A stretch of DNA of 63,890 bases, counting the filler, from Octopus bimaculoides (taxonomy: Eukaryota), in the NCBI RefSeq assembly GCF_001194135.2. It is 5 parts of 5 records of this genome, joined end to end, with 100 filler letters (N's around TTAATTAATTAA, not from the genome) between each part and the next. Parts side by side here need not be neighbours in the genome. Positions count along the whole stretch, not along the records: positions 40,701 to 61,414 come from NC_068981.1; positions 61,515 to 63,890 come from NC_069005.1; 3 more parts are not named here. The stretch is one strand, 5' to 3'. A program made the translations under genes and the position numbers. A model generated the notes under the pieces. That model was not told the DNA's origin. It made no database searches and worked only from the letters and a program-made list of their open reading frames with translations. Positions 49,015 to 62,181 of the stretch are shown one piece after another (the first letter of the stretch is position 1; every line of letters starts with the position of its first letter).

Positions 49015-49778
49015 GTATGTTATATAAATATACGCTAAGATATATATGCACACACACTCACACACACATACACACGGACACACACAGGCATATATAACTT
49101 ATGTTGTGTAAATGTATATCATTTTCTGAGAACAAGCAATAAAATGCCACACACATTTCAGAGATACCCACCAATTTTTTTTTTTACTAGATATCTATTG
49201 CCCCTGGCAAAGAGAAATCACAGATTTATTTTCGTTTAACTTTGTTAATTTGCTAATGCATTTCAACTTTTCCACTTTAACTAATCCAAGTATAGAATAC
49301 AGTTTTGTGTTGCATGGCTCTATGATGCCCCCCATATATATATATATAAAGATATATATATATATATATANNNNNNNNNNNNNNNNNNNNNNNNNNNNNN
49401 NNNNNNNNNNNNNNNNNNNNNNNNNNNNNNNNNNNNNNNNNNNNNNNNNNNNNNNNNNNNNNNNNNNNNNNNNNNNNNNNNNNNNNNNNNNNNNNNNNNN
49501 NNNNNNNNNNNNNNNNNNNNNNNNNNNNNNNNNNNNNNNNNNNNNNNNNNNNNNNNNNNNNNNNNNNNNNNNNNNNNNNNNNNNNNNNNNNNNNNNNNNN
49601 NNNNNNNNNNNNNNNNNNNNNNNNNNNNNNNNNNNNNNNNNNNNNNNNNNNNNNNNNNNNNNNNNNNNNNNNNNNNNNNNNNNNNNNNNNNNNNNNNNNN
49701 NNNNNNNNNNNNNNNNNNNNNNNNNNNNNNNNNNNNNNNNNNNNNNNNNNNNNNNNNNNNNNNNNNNNNNNNNNNNNN

Positions 49779-50700
49779 TATGCGAAAAGGAAAATAACAC
49801 TGACCTCTAATTTCAACAGATATATTTATCAAACTTACAAAATATTATCTTGAAATACTAAAGAGTAAATCTGTTCAATAAAATCCCCATTGGCCTCAAC
49901 CGCGGCCTCCAGCCGATTTCAGAATCTCCTTCAACTCTTCTAGATGGTCTCCTTGTTTAAGTTGGTGAGTGCTGCCATAATCCTTCCATGCAGTTCATCT
50001 TTGGTGGTCTTACGAGGAGTTTTGTTGGTTTCTCCTTCAACTGCGCCCCACACATAATAATCAAGGGGATTGCAGCCTGGGTTTGTTAAGTGGCTAGATG
50101 TCAGCGGTGATGTGGTTGCAAAATTGTCTGACAGCCAATACTGGGTCCTCCTACTTGCGTAGTATGGTGTAGAGTCCTGTTGCCAGATATGCGGTTTTGC
50201 AGCGGCCACTCTCTTGACCCCGGGCGGCACTACCTCTTACAGGCACTTGATAAAGGCCTCCGTGCTGGGTCTGAGTTCGTGTGGGAAGATAAATAGAGGC
50301 ATAACGACGCTATCCCTAGTAATCACTCGAAACACCATGATGTTGAATGAATGTTTGATTTTATCACTGTAGGTACATGTCTTCAGATTGCACTATCCTC
50401 ATACTGACACCCAAACACTCTGAAATATTCGCACTGGAGCTTTCGGTGACAATGCCAAAGAGTATAGCATGTCGTTTCCAAATTTCTGGCAGAGTGAATT
50501 GTGTCATGGTGCTGTTTTTCTCACGGTGCTCAACTAATCCTACTATAATGTGTAGTCGACCTATACCTGGAAACAACTCACTCAACAAGGACTCACTACT
50601 TGAATGGACTATAATACCAGAAAACTTGACTTGAAAAGGATTTAGATAATTGTATCAGGTGGTCCATTGCCTGGACCAATTTTTGGTCGAAACATATCTA
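49779..50700 (-). mobile_element. Internally deleted mariner-like DD37D (maT) element
   Basis: MTQFTLPEIWKRHAIL..ISECLGVSMRIVQ joined to VPTV..NIMVFRVI..FIFPHELR..WQQDSTPY..CNPLDYYVWGAVE..ANGDFIE; 37 residues between D and D; the 3' end runs into a gap. Confidence 0.85.
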
Positions 50701-52011
50701 CGTTTTATCTAAGTTTTTTTATATAGATTTCTTGCCGAAGTTAACCCAAGAGAGTTTTCCAATGTGGCTATTTGTAATTGCTTAAGTATTGAATATTTTT
50801 CATTCAAAGGCATCGATCTCGTTCTTAAAATCGTAAAGTCGTTCTAAAATCTACTAACTGCATTTGCGCTATAATTCGTCGAGGAAAACTAATAACACTG
50901 AAATTTATCTAACGCTGTCACCGTAACCACCAATGATCAAGCTCAAAGACTAATGCATGTCTCTTTAAAAGAGATTGCTACTATCACTGACGGTGCTTTT
51001 TTTTTATCATTACGTCCGTAATTTCAATTGATCAAATATTCTCTTTGATTCTTTTTATTAAGGGTACTCACCCTAATTATTTATAAGAAAGCTATAATAT
51101 ATAACCCAAAACAAAATGATTGCCTATCGTGTATACTGATATAAAAATAACTATCGATTCTTATTTTTGTGTACTCAAGTTTTAATATATTTGGCTTTGA
51201 AACTGAGCCGCCGGTTGTTCATAAGGCAATACGGAACGTCTAAATGCAATAATTATTTAGTTTATTAGTTAGAGAAAGATGGGCAATGCCTATAAATTTT
51301 CCATGCCCTACTTGAAGTGTGAGATCAATATAGTTGATATTCAATTTGCATATCAGTTGGTTGACGACTGCAGGAAATATATAAAAAGCGTTAAGTTATG
51401 GAATTACAGAAGGAATCACTTCTAACGAATCCGTATTGAAGGAAAATGTTACCACTCTGAAGATGAATAATGATAAAAAGTGTTCACAACAAATAAATAT
51501 TTATAAAGATAAATTCGATTATTAGTGGCGCGTGTGTAACGTTAATATCAAGAGCAGAAAGAATAGTAAGTGAGGCACAGAGAAAAAGGCAGAGGGGACG
51601 AGTGCAAAAGAAAGAAAGAAATGAAAGATGCTGAAGATAATAAAACGTCTATCTGCTCGTAGATTTATATTCAGTTATATATAGTTGTAATTTAGATTTG
51701 CACACGTCATCTAATACATATTGCAATGGGGGAACTTACAGATTGCTTATACGTCTCGATCACACTCCTCCTTCCACTTTACGGTCATACATCTCTATGT
51801 CACATCATCGCTCTCGATATCTACCAGAATTTCGCTGTTTTGTACAAAACTTCGAATTAAGCCCAGGGATCAGTTTTCCATACGAAAAAAAATATTAGTA
51901 GAGATAGACGGAAACAAGGGTATATAGACGGTTCGATGAAAAGATAACATCCCAACTCCAGATAAATGTTTCACACATACGTTCTCTTCTCCTTCTGTAA
52001 CGCTCTCTACC

Positions 52012-52061
<50 letters not shown>

Positions 52062-52278
52062 ACACACACCCACATATATAGACTATAAATACATCTCACA
52101 GTCACATGTACATACATATGTACGCAGATGTACAAATATAGGTATGTACAGGAAGAGAGAGGAAGATAAGCGTGAGCTAGATGAAGAAAATTAGAGAAAA
52201 GTAAAATGAAGGGAAAACAGGAGAGGAGACAGATAGACAAAACGTATAAGCCACATATGCGTAAATATATCGATGAAA

Positions 52279-52311
<33 letters not shown>

Positions 52312-53041
52312 NNNNNNNNNNNNNNNNNNNNNNNNNNNNNNNNNNNNNNNNNNNNNNNNNNNNNNNNNNNNNNNNNNNNNNNNNNNNNNNNNNNNNNNNN
52401 NNNNNNNNNNNNNNNNNNNNNNNNNNNNNNNNNNNNNNNNNNNNNNNNNNNNNNNNNNNNNNNNNNNNNNNNNNNNNNNNNNNNNNNNNNNNNNNNNNNN
52501 NNNNNNNNNNNNNNNNNNNNNNNNNNNNNNNNNNNNNNNNNNNNNNNNNNNNNNNNNNNNNNNNNNNNNNNNNNNNNNNNNNNNNNNNNNNNNNNNNNNN
52601 NNNNNNNNNNNNNNNNNNNNNNNNNNNNNNNNNNNNNNNNNNNNNNNNNNNNNNNNNNNNNNNNNNNNNNNNNNNNNNNNNNNNNNNNNNNNNNNNNNNN
52701 NNNNNNNNNNNNNNNNNNNNNNNNNNNNNNNNNNNNNNNNNNNNNNNNNNNNNNNNNNNNNNNNNNNNNNNNNNNNNNNNNNNNNNNNNNNNNNNNNNNN
52801 NNNNNNNNNNNNNNNNNNNNNNNNNNNNNNNNNNNNNNNNNNNNNNNNNNNNNNNNNNNNNNNNNNNNNNNNNNNNNNNNNNNNNNNNNNNNNNNNNNNN
52901 NNNNNNNNNNNNNNNNNNNNNNNNNNNNNNNNNNNNNNNNNNNNNNNNNNNNNNNNNNNNNNNNNNNNNNNNNNNNNNNNNNNNNNNNNNNNNNNNNNNN
53001 NNNNNNNNNNNNNNNNNNNNNNNNNNNNNNNNNNNNNNNNN

Positions 53042-53087
<46 letters not shown>

Positions 53088-53680
53088 TGCGTGTATGCGT
53101 GTGTGTGAGTGTGTGTGTACGTGTGTGTTTGTACTTGAGTGAGTGAGTATGTATGTATGGATTCCGCGAATGTAAAATTACTGAGTTTCGTAAAGTAAAA
53201 AGGAAGATGTGGTGGTGTAAAATAGGAACCGACCCGACACCGATGGAAGTCCATCAGTAATAATAAAAGTCGTGTGCTTCATCAACAGAAAGAAATATAA
53301 ATCTTCACAATTCTCTCTTTTTCACCGTTTTTCTTTATTTCCATATGTTGGCGTTTCGTTTGTTTTTTTTTATTCACTATGCTGATCATTTCTTCCTTTG
53401 TATATGTTTCTAAGCTTTCATTTCTATCTTTCTAAGTATTTTATTTATTTTTTTTCCTTGTGTTTGTTTTCTTCTTTCCACCTTCTTTAAAATTTCCAAG
53501 AAAAATGGAAATACAAATAAATCAAAATAAATCAAAATAAAATATCCCAGTAATATCTTGACTGTAGGCGACCAGCGAGTGGAACGTCATAAAATACATA
53601 CAGGAATAATATTACGGTAGATCTAGAAAGAACGACTACAAAAATATCGTCGGACCGAAATCGCTATAACGCAACAACGA

Positions 53681-53758
<78 letters not shown>

Positions 53759-55258
53759 AATATTTTCTATTAAGTTGTTTTAGTAGAATGACGTTTTCTA
53801 TTTTTTAGGAATTCTCTTTAATATTTCTTTACGACATTTTTACACATTCTCTGATGAAAAATATATACAAATATATTTTGGATGACAGGTATGGTGCTAG
53901 CATTTTTTTTACTAGTTTCTTTTTATTGTCAATTTAATTCATACATTTTTCTCTCTCCTCATATCTTTTCTACAATATCAACTTTCTTATTCCGATTTCA
54001 CTGTCATTTTCTGCTTGTTTCTAAAAAAACAGTTTCCAAGAATTTCCCACCATTTTTTCAAACATTTTATCTTCGTCGTATGTAAGTTTAACTTTCTTGC
54101 TGTAGTTGTTCATCTTATTGTTTTCCATTAAATTTCACCGCACATTCTTTCCTTTTTTTCTTTTTTCTTTTTTTTTCCTCCTTATTCTCTTTCTTTACCC
54201 TTCTCTCTTTCTTTCATTAATTCTTTGGTTTTTTTTTTTTCATTTTGCGTACTATCGTTTTTTTAAAGTTATATGTTTTTTTCAGCATTCAACATCGAAG
54301 CACGTATTTCAAATACGCGATTTTCTTTATTCTTAATCCTGCAGTCAACGTAGTGCCCTTTTATACCATCCAATTTCCGGTTGATTTTTCATTTCTGAGT
54401 CATTCATATATTATCACACAATTTTTGCTGCGTTCGTGATATGATTTTTGTTTTTTTCTTTTTGACTGCATGTATAATCTTTATAGAGTTTTATTGTCTA
54501 TCAGTATAAACATATATCTCACTTCAAATTTCGTACCATAACATGAGTTGGTTTCCATGGTGAGATAACATTCATATTCAATCAAAATACAACAATTTGA
54601 TAGATGGAGACTAAAACAAAAATATACACACGATCGAAATATCAGCAATATGTGTGTGTACACACACACACGCACGCACACACACACACACACACACCCA
54701 CATATAGATGCTTATTATTTATATATATGTGTGTAAGCGTGCGTGCCCGTTCGCTCGGACATTCGGGCGTGTGAATGTGTGCGTGCGTGCGAGTGTATGC
54801 ATGCATGCGTACGTGCGAGTGTGTGCGTGCTTAAGAAGTTTTATCATCAAGTATCCCAGGTTCAATCCCACTTTATAACGTTTAAGTTTTCATAGGGTAG
54901 ATAAATATAAATTGGGGGAAAATGGTGATAAAAAGGCTGCTTTGAGGTCTGACGATAATGCTTAGTTTTTTCATCCACAATGTTACGATGAAATTGTACA
55001 CATATCTGTGGAAAGTTTCCCATTTACTTTCTAATGCTATCACAAGGAACTTTGAACGAAAAGAGTGAATCCACATTCCTTGTAATTATCGCAAGAACCA
55101 TTCATGTACACGAGTGCATTTAATAATATGTATGTATGTATGTATTTATGTATGTATGTATGTATGTATTTATGTATGTATGTATATACGCATATGTCTG
55201 TATGCATATATGTATGTATATATAGAAACACATAATCTATGCATATATACGTATATTA

Positions 55259-55372
55259 TAGATAGATAGATAGATAGATAGATAGAAAGATAGATAGATA
55301 GATAGATAGAAAAATAGATAGATACATACATACATACATACATACATACATACATACATACTTACATACATA
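55259..55372. repeat. (GATA)n(TACA)n tetranucleotide tract
   Basis: Directly visible. Confidence 0.95.
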
Positions 55373-55678
55373 CAGAGTGAGAAGCCTTGAAGTGTTTGCG
55401 GAAGGTAACAACTTGGTGATGGATGAGGTTTACTGGCAATGTGTTTCGATTAACGCAAGTCATGCTACCATCTTAATGGTGCAGAAAAGAATTAAAAATT
55501 AAAAAAAGCGAATGAAGGATTAAAGAAGAGGTGGTGCAGTATGTTCCAGGACGGCACGATAGTAATGGAAATGTGTCCGACGGGAGCCAGGCAGAAGGCG
55601 AGGGCTCTCGATGATTGTAGCAGGCTCGTTGTGCGCTATACGGACAGCATTCTAGGACCTAAAACCTAGATTATATAT

Positions 55679-55709
<31 letters not shown>

Positions 55710-56498
55710 ATGTATGTATGTATGTTCGTACGGCTGTATGTATGTATGTATGTATGTATACACAAACAAATGTATTATGCATGCATGTGTATATAAATCA
55801 GAGATTGTATCAAATATTATCAAATATTTACAAACATCAACCTGAAGAAAAGGGGAGACTTTTTCACTAGACTTGAAATCCATGTGTATCGGTCCTAGTG
55901 ATCGCATTTCCGACTGTATCAAAGCTAGCAAAGATTATTTCAAATAAGTTTGCAGATATTACTGACTCAGTGGATGTGATGAACAAGATGATTAATTTGA
56001 CACTTGTTCATTTATATTCTATTGAAAATCGTATCAAATTTACTTCCACTTCGCCTTGATAAATAAAGGGCATGCATTCTATTTACATCATTAAACCTTC
56101 TGTCGACAAAATATATCTGGTGTCAAGTCAAAATTAATCATGAAATTTATTGTAAATGATTGATGTAATAAATTGAATTGCTTTCGTGATCCCAACTACA
56201 CAGACGTGAAACATAACGTACGGTATATACACAGAAACTCTCTGGAGAAAATTAATTAAAGTATTTACCTTGTGAAAGCCGCAGAGGAAACTAATTTACA
56301 GTAGTGGACGCACTTATTTGACGGAAATCAATAGTAGTAAATTAGAATTTGACCCTAGCTTTACGACTCCCTAAAAGTTTTCCCATCTGGATGCATACAT
56401 AAGAAGGCAACTGTTGATTCATTCTTCAAATAATTCGAGAAGTTTCTGTAGAAATTTAAAAGAGAAGATGCCAGTATGACACACACATACGTACGCAG

Positions 56499-56534
<36 letters not shown>

Positions 56535-56835
56535 GCGCGCGCGCACACGCACTTAACCAAATTCAGTGCGACTCACCACATGAGATGCTGCAAAACGAAC
56601 ATGACAGTACAATTCACAAGGAAGACTGTTTCACATAAGTGATTAATGAATAAAGCAATAGAGAAGTTTTGAATAGCCATTTGTGGCATGGCATGATTCC
56701 TTCAAAGTCACTCAGGCCAACAACGTTTTTGTTGGAGTTTAAATAATACGAATATATCTTGGATATTGCTTACATTTAGCTTCTAACGTATTCGTATATA
56801 TTTATATGCGTGTATACATGTGAGTGTGTTAGTAT

Positions 56836-57050
56836 CAGCGTAAGTATACGCGGGTGTTACGTTCCAAAACCCCCTGCGATAGGAGAAAATCCGCGAAGTA
56901 GAAACAATACTGTACGGTATATTTTTAAAAAATTAGTTTTATAATCTATATATATTTTATTATAAATGCAAAACAACACCACGGCGGAATCGACGTAAGC
57001 TTAAATAATAAACTGCGATAGGTGAACCGCGATATTGCGAGGGATTACTG
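56836..57050. mobile_element. pogo/Tigger-like MITE
   Basis: Right end gcgataggtgaaccgcgatattgcgagggattaCTG (reverse complement CAGTAATCCCTCGC); left part cgcgggtgttacgttccaaaacccc; internal direct repeat ctgcgatagg. Confidence 0.6.
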
Positions 57051-57072
57051 AAAATACATATCTACATATATA

Positions 57073-57116
<44 letters not shown>

Positions 57117-57670
57117 CTATTGTTTTACTAATATTACTGGAAAAATTTACTCTTAAACAGTCAACACATACACACACTCTTTCTCTCTCTCTCTCGCTCA
57201 CATATTTAAAGTCTTCCAAAACAATTTGGGGAAATCTATAGCTAGAAACATTTTATGTCCATTCTTCCTTAGTAGCCATTGAACAGCTGATGAAAAGCCT
57301 GTCAGACATTTTATGACTAAAAGCAACAATTTATTGTGATTGATAAAAAGATTGACCTATTTTGACATGTCATCAAATGAACCATCCCATATAGGCCTTT
57401 TATATATTGGCTTTTTTTAAAAACTTGTTCTTGCTTCTCTATCCAAGCTTCCATAAGTTGCATATATGCTTTGTTTAAAAATTCGCTACGCACACATACA
57501 GACTAACGATAAATATAAATTCGAAATGACAAAGAAAATAAATAGCCGCTTCCAAACATTCATTTTTCTAAATAAAAATTGAACTTTTGATATTCTTTAA
57601 CTGACTCGTACATCCATGCATGCATGCATACATACATACATACATACATGCATACATACATGCATACATG

Positions 57671-58050
57671 CATATTGGGGTCCTGGGATATGTAACACAC
57701 AGCCTAAATACCAATCTTGAGAAATTAGGCTTCTCAAAACCAGAAAGGAGAAAGCTAATCCGAAGACTACAGACCCAATCCATCACTGGAACTGTAAAAA
57801 TTTGTAAAACTTTCCAGAAGTTAATCATTTAAAAATGCCTGAGCATGTCTAGGTATGCAACTATATGCATGAGAATACATGCATAAAGCAAAACATACAA
57901 ATCTGCACATAGACATACAGACATACATACATACATACAAAAGTACCCTGTTGTTAATGTTGAAATTCCAATGAGGGAGCCTTGGATCTACGTTAGAAAC
58001 CGGCTCATTCTCTATTGGCAAGGAATCTTGAAATAAAACTGAACAATAAT
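57671..58050 (+). mobile_element. R4/Dong-like LINE 3' end (end of RLE domain plus 3' UTR)
   Basis: HIGVLGYVTHSLNTNLEKLGFSKPERRKLIRRLQTQSITGTVKICKTFQKLII* (IGxLG / GT.KI RLE C-terminal pattern); 3' UTR homologous to 25487-25640. Confidence 0.75.
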
Positions 58051-58083
58051 ACACACACACATACACGCACATATATGAGTTAG

Positions 58084-58685
58084 ATGGAGAACTTATATAT
58101 GCATAAGTTCTTCAACGAGAGTGAAGTGGAGTTCCGTAATGTCAACACAGAGGAACTGGGCTTCCTACTTAGCCTGACATATGACAATGAATATATAGAC
58201 AAACATGACCTTAGAAGTTTCTGCCCCAGTAGACATTTAAGAGGTAGGCCACCACTGTTACATCTATGGCTAGGAAGACCGCAGCTGAGAGATAGAGCGG
58301 ATGGACCAGAGCCACACGGACCCCCGAAAACGAATATCAACTAAAGAAAATGATCGCACATGCACTAGGAGCTAGTATAAGAGTTACGCTAAAAGGCCAC
58401 ACGTTTAAGTTTGACAACAAAATATACGCCCAGGATGTGGGGGCAACCATCGGGGTTAGTATCGCCAGTGATGTGACCAACCTTTTCATGGTATGGTGGG
58501 ACAGAAAGCTTAAAGAACGCCTGACACAGAACTCCATACTCATGAACATGTACTCTCAATATGTCGATATCAGCGTAATGGTAAAGGCACCCCCACAAGA
58601 AAGTACTCTTGAAATAGAAATAGAAACTAATACTATGGAGAGCATCCAGCAAATAGCTGACTCCAGCATCATAGTCATGTGTTGA
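58084..58685 (+). pseudogene. Penelope-like reverse transcriptase fragment
   Basis: VEFRNVNTEELGFLLSL..CPSRHLRGRPP.. / HTFKFDNKIYAQDVGATIG..NLFMVWWDRKLKERL..MYSQYVD-I (Q..G..IG motif; YVDD lacking one Asp). Confidence 0.85.
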
Positions 58686-58704
58686 GAGGAATTCCTTCCG
58701 GTCT

Positions 58705-59002
58705 GGATAATTCACCTCTGGAAACGGGTGTTTTATTCAATTCAAAATCCTTAAACAAACCTTATTCAAGGACCTTTTGAGCAGGATGGGTTACTCGACT
58801 TGAAGAAAATTCTAACTGGGCCCCACCTGCAAGGTCATGTGCTGTTATTCTTGATAGATCATATATGGTTGTGATGCATGTACCTGGTGTACCCTTATCA
58901 AACGGGTAGTCATGATGGGTATACTGGGCTTCGTATACCCCAGTGTCACCTTGATGGCATGCACTGCTCTCGCATTCAATAATAATAATGATAATAATAA
59001 TA
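58705..59002 (+). mobile_element. Interspersed repeat 3' part ending in an (AAT)n tail
   Basis: cacctctggaaacggg..gggccccacctgcaaggtcatg..atggcatgcactgctctcgcattc(aat)n. Family recognised from recall only. Confidence 0.55.
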
Positions 59003-59009
59003 TTAACGA

Positions 59010-59160
59010 TGATATTTCAAATTTTGGCACAAGGCCAGCAATTTTCGTGGGAGTAGATAAGTCAGTTATATTGACCCTAGTACTCAATTTATATTTATTT
59101 TATCCCTACCGAACGAACGAAAGCGAAGTCGACCTCGGCGGAATTTGAACTCAGAACGTG
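59010..59160 (-). mobile_element. SINE (31068 family), 5'-truncated
   Basis: ggcacaaggcc..gtcgacctcggcggaatttgaactcagaacg. Confidence 0.8.
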
Positions 59161-59174
59161 AAAACGATAATGAT

Positions 59175-59378
59175 CTTAGGTTTTTGTACAAGGCCATCAA
59201 TTTCGGGGTAGGGAACTAATCGATTACATCTGCCCCAGTTCTCAACCTGTACTTATTTTTGTCGACCACAAAAGGTTGAAAAGCAATGTGGAACTTGGCG
59301 TCATTTGAACTTAGAACGTAAAGACGGACGAAATGCTACGAAGCTTTTTGCTGGGCGAGCTAACGATTCTGCCAGCTC

Positions 59379-59379
<1 letters not shown>
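59175..59379 (-). mobile_element. SINE (31068 family)
   Basis: gtacaaggcc..ttagaacgtaaagacggacgaaatgc..gctaacgattctgccagctc, followed by (AAT)n. Confidence 0.8.
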
Positions 59380-59452
<73 letters not shown>

Positions 59453-59454
59453 TG

Positions 59455-59512
<58 letters not shown>

Positions 59513-60492
59513 NNNNNNNNNNNNNNNNNNNNNNNNNNNNNNNNNNNNNNNNNNNNNNNNNNNNNNNNNNNNNNNNNNNNNNNNNNNNNNNNNNNNNNNN
59601 NNNNNNNNNNNNNNNNNNNNNNNNNNNNNNNNNNNNNNNNNNNNNNNNNNNNNNNNNNNNNNNNNNNNNNNNNNNNNNNNNNNNNNNNNNNNNNNNNNNN
59701 NNNNNNNNNNNNNNNNNNNNNNNNNNNNNNNNNNNNNNNNNNNNNNNNNNNNNNNNNNNNNNNNNNNNNNNNNNNNNNNNNNNNNNNNNNNNNNNNNNNN
59801 NNNNNNNNNNNNNNNNNNNNNNNNNNNNNNNNNNNNNNNNNNNNNNNNNNNNNNNNNNNNNNNNNNNNNNNNNNNNNNNNNNNNNNNNNNNNNNNNNNNN
59901 NNNNNNNNNNNNNNNNNNNNNNNNNNNNNNNNNNNNNNNNNNNNNNNNNNNNNNNNNNNNNNNNNNNNNNNNNNNNNNNNNNNNNNNNNNNNNNNNNNNN
60001 NNNNNNNNNNNNNNNNNNNNNNNNNNNNNNNNNNNNNNNNNNNNNNNNNNNNNNNNNNNNNNNNNNNNNNNNNNNNNNNNNNNNNNNNNNNNNNNNNNNN
60101 NNNNNNNNNNNNNNNNNNNNNNNNNNNNNNNNNNNNNNNNNNNNNNNNNNNNNNNNNNNNNNNNNNNNNNNNNNNNNNNNNNNNNNNNNNNNNNNNNNNN
60201 NNNNNNNNNNNNNNNNNNNNNNNNNNNNNNNNNNNNNNNNNNNNNNNNNNNNNNNNNNNNNNNNNNNNNNNNNNNNNNNNNNNNNNNNNNNNNNNNNNNN
60301 NNNNNNNNNNNNNNNNNNNNNNNNNNNNNNNNNNNNNNNNNNNNNNNNNNNNNNNNNNNNNNNNNNNNNNNNNNNNNNNNNNNNNNNNNNNNNNNNNNNN
60401 NNNNNNNNNNNNNNNNNNNNNNNNNNNNNNNNNNNNNNNNNNNNNNNNNNNNNNNNNNNNNNNNNNNNNNNNNNNNNNNNNNNNNNNNNNNN

Positions 60493-60527
<35 letters not shown>

Positions 60528-60733
60528 TCTTTTCTCATATAGGAACAAGGCCTGAAGTTTTGGGGGGAGGGGACTAGTCGATTACATCAACCCCAGTGTT
60601 CACTGGTACTTAATTTATCGACCTGAAAGGATGAAAGACAAAGTCGACCTCGGTGGAATTTGAAATCGGAAAGTACAGATAGAGGAAATGCCGGTAAGCT
60701 CTGCATTCGGTGTGCTAACGATTCTGCCAGCTC
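60528..60733 (-). mobile_element. SINE (31068 family)
   Basis: aacaaggcctgaag..tagtcgattacatcaaccccagt..aaagtcgacctcggtggaatttga..gctaacgattctgccagctc. Confidence 0.8.
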
Positions 60734-61074
60734 AACAACAACGACGACGACGACGACGCTGACGACGATGATGATGATTATGTTGATGATGATGATGATG
60801 ATCATATAAGAATTTTTCAACGTTAAGTGCTTACAAAGAAACATAGACATTTAACGTATACAGAAGACACACATACATATAGATTGATAGATACACATAG
60901 AGATGAAATAAAAGCAAGGTGGGACATCTAAACAATAAATTTGGTTTCGTGCAAAACTTATGATGCCGTTTCTGACAATTTTTCTATTACATCTCCCCAA
61001 CCAAACTTAATTCCATTTCAATCTAAAACAAAACTAATAACATACGCATTCCGTGCTCTTCCTACTTTGCATGA

Positions 61075-61282
61075 TGACTCAGTTAACGGCCAGATGGCCA
61101 ATGCAACATAACAACTGAATGAGTCAAAGCAAACACGATTCAAACCTCTCCGCACGATCCCAACACACACTATTCGTCAGTGTGTTGTTTGTCTGCTATC
61201 TCGACTCATCTTCCCTTTTGTTTATGGTTTCCTGTACTTTCGAATTGCGCGGTCAAATGCGTCTAACTCCTGATTAATCAGG
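61075..61282. promoter_or_regulatory. Candidate enhancer: two AP-1 sites, a CCAAT and a 14-bp palindrome
   Basis: TGACTCA 61075-81, CCAAT 61098-102, TGAGTCA 61120-26, CCTGATTAATCAGG 61269-82. Confidence 0.3.
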
Positions 61283-61998
61283 TCATGTGTACGTTTTTAC
61301 GTTTAGCGACAACAAAAACGACAGCAACAACAACAGCAGCAACAACAACAACTACTACTACTCGTACTCCTCCTCCTCCTCCCCCTCCTCTTCTCCTCCT
61401 CCGCCTCCTCCTCCNNNNNNNNNNNNNNNNNNNNNNNNNNNNNNNNNNNNNNNNNNNNTTAATTAATTAANNNNNNNNNNNNNNNNNNNNNNNNNNNNNN
61501 NNNNNNNNNNNNNNTATATATATGTATGCATGTATGTATGTATGTATATATATACACAAACATGTATGCATGTATGTATATATGTATGTATGTATCAAAA
61601 TTTACCTTTAAAAAGTTTTCACTTGTAATAAAAAAATATGCGTTGTTTTCTTTGTCGATCAAGCTTTTCTAATTTTGGAAAAAAGTTACCACTTATACAT
61701 AGACATGTCTCCTTACCTACCTATCTAGAATTGTGTGTTTGTATGTGTGTGTGTGTGTGTGTGTGTATGTAAGCATGTGTGTATGTGTGTGCGCGTGTGT
61801 TTCTGTGAGATGATTCATAATTGTGCTTCCAAAATTGGAAAAGCGTGCTCAATATAGAAAGTAGAGTGCATAACGTTTATCTGGTGCTGAACTGTCTCGT
61901 AATCTAAGTTTATATTTTACGTTACGATTTTTTAAATCACACACACACACATACTTAGAAATATATATATATACATATGTGTGTTTGTGTGTATACAC

Positions 61999-62067
<69 letters not shown>

Positions 62068-62098
62068 AGATACATCTCTCCTAATTTTATTTCAGTAC

Positions 62099-62129
<31 letters not shown>

Positions 62130-62150
62130 GTACATACATACATACATACA

Positions 62151-62181
<31 letters not shown>

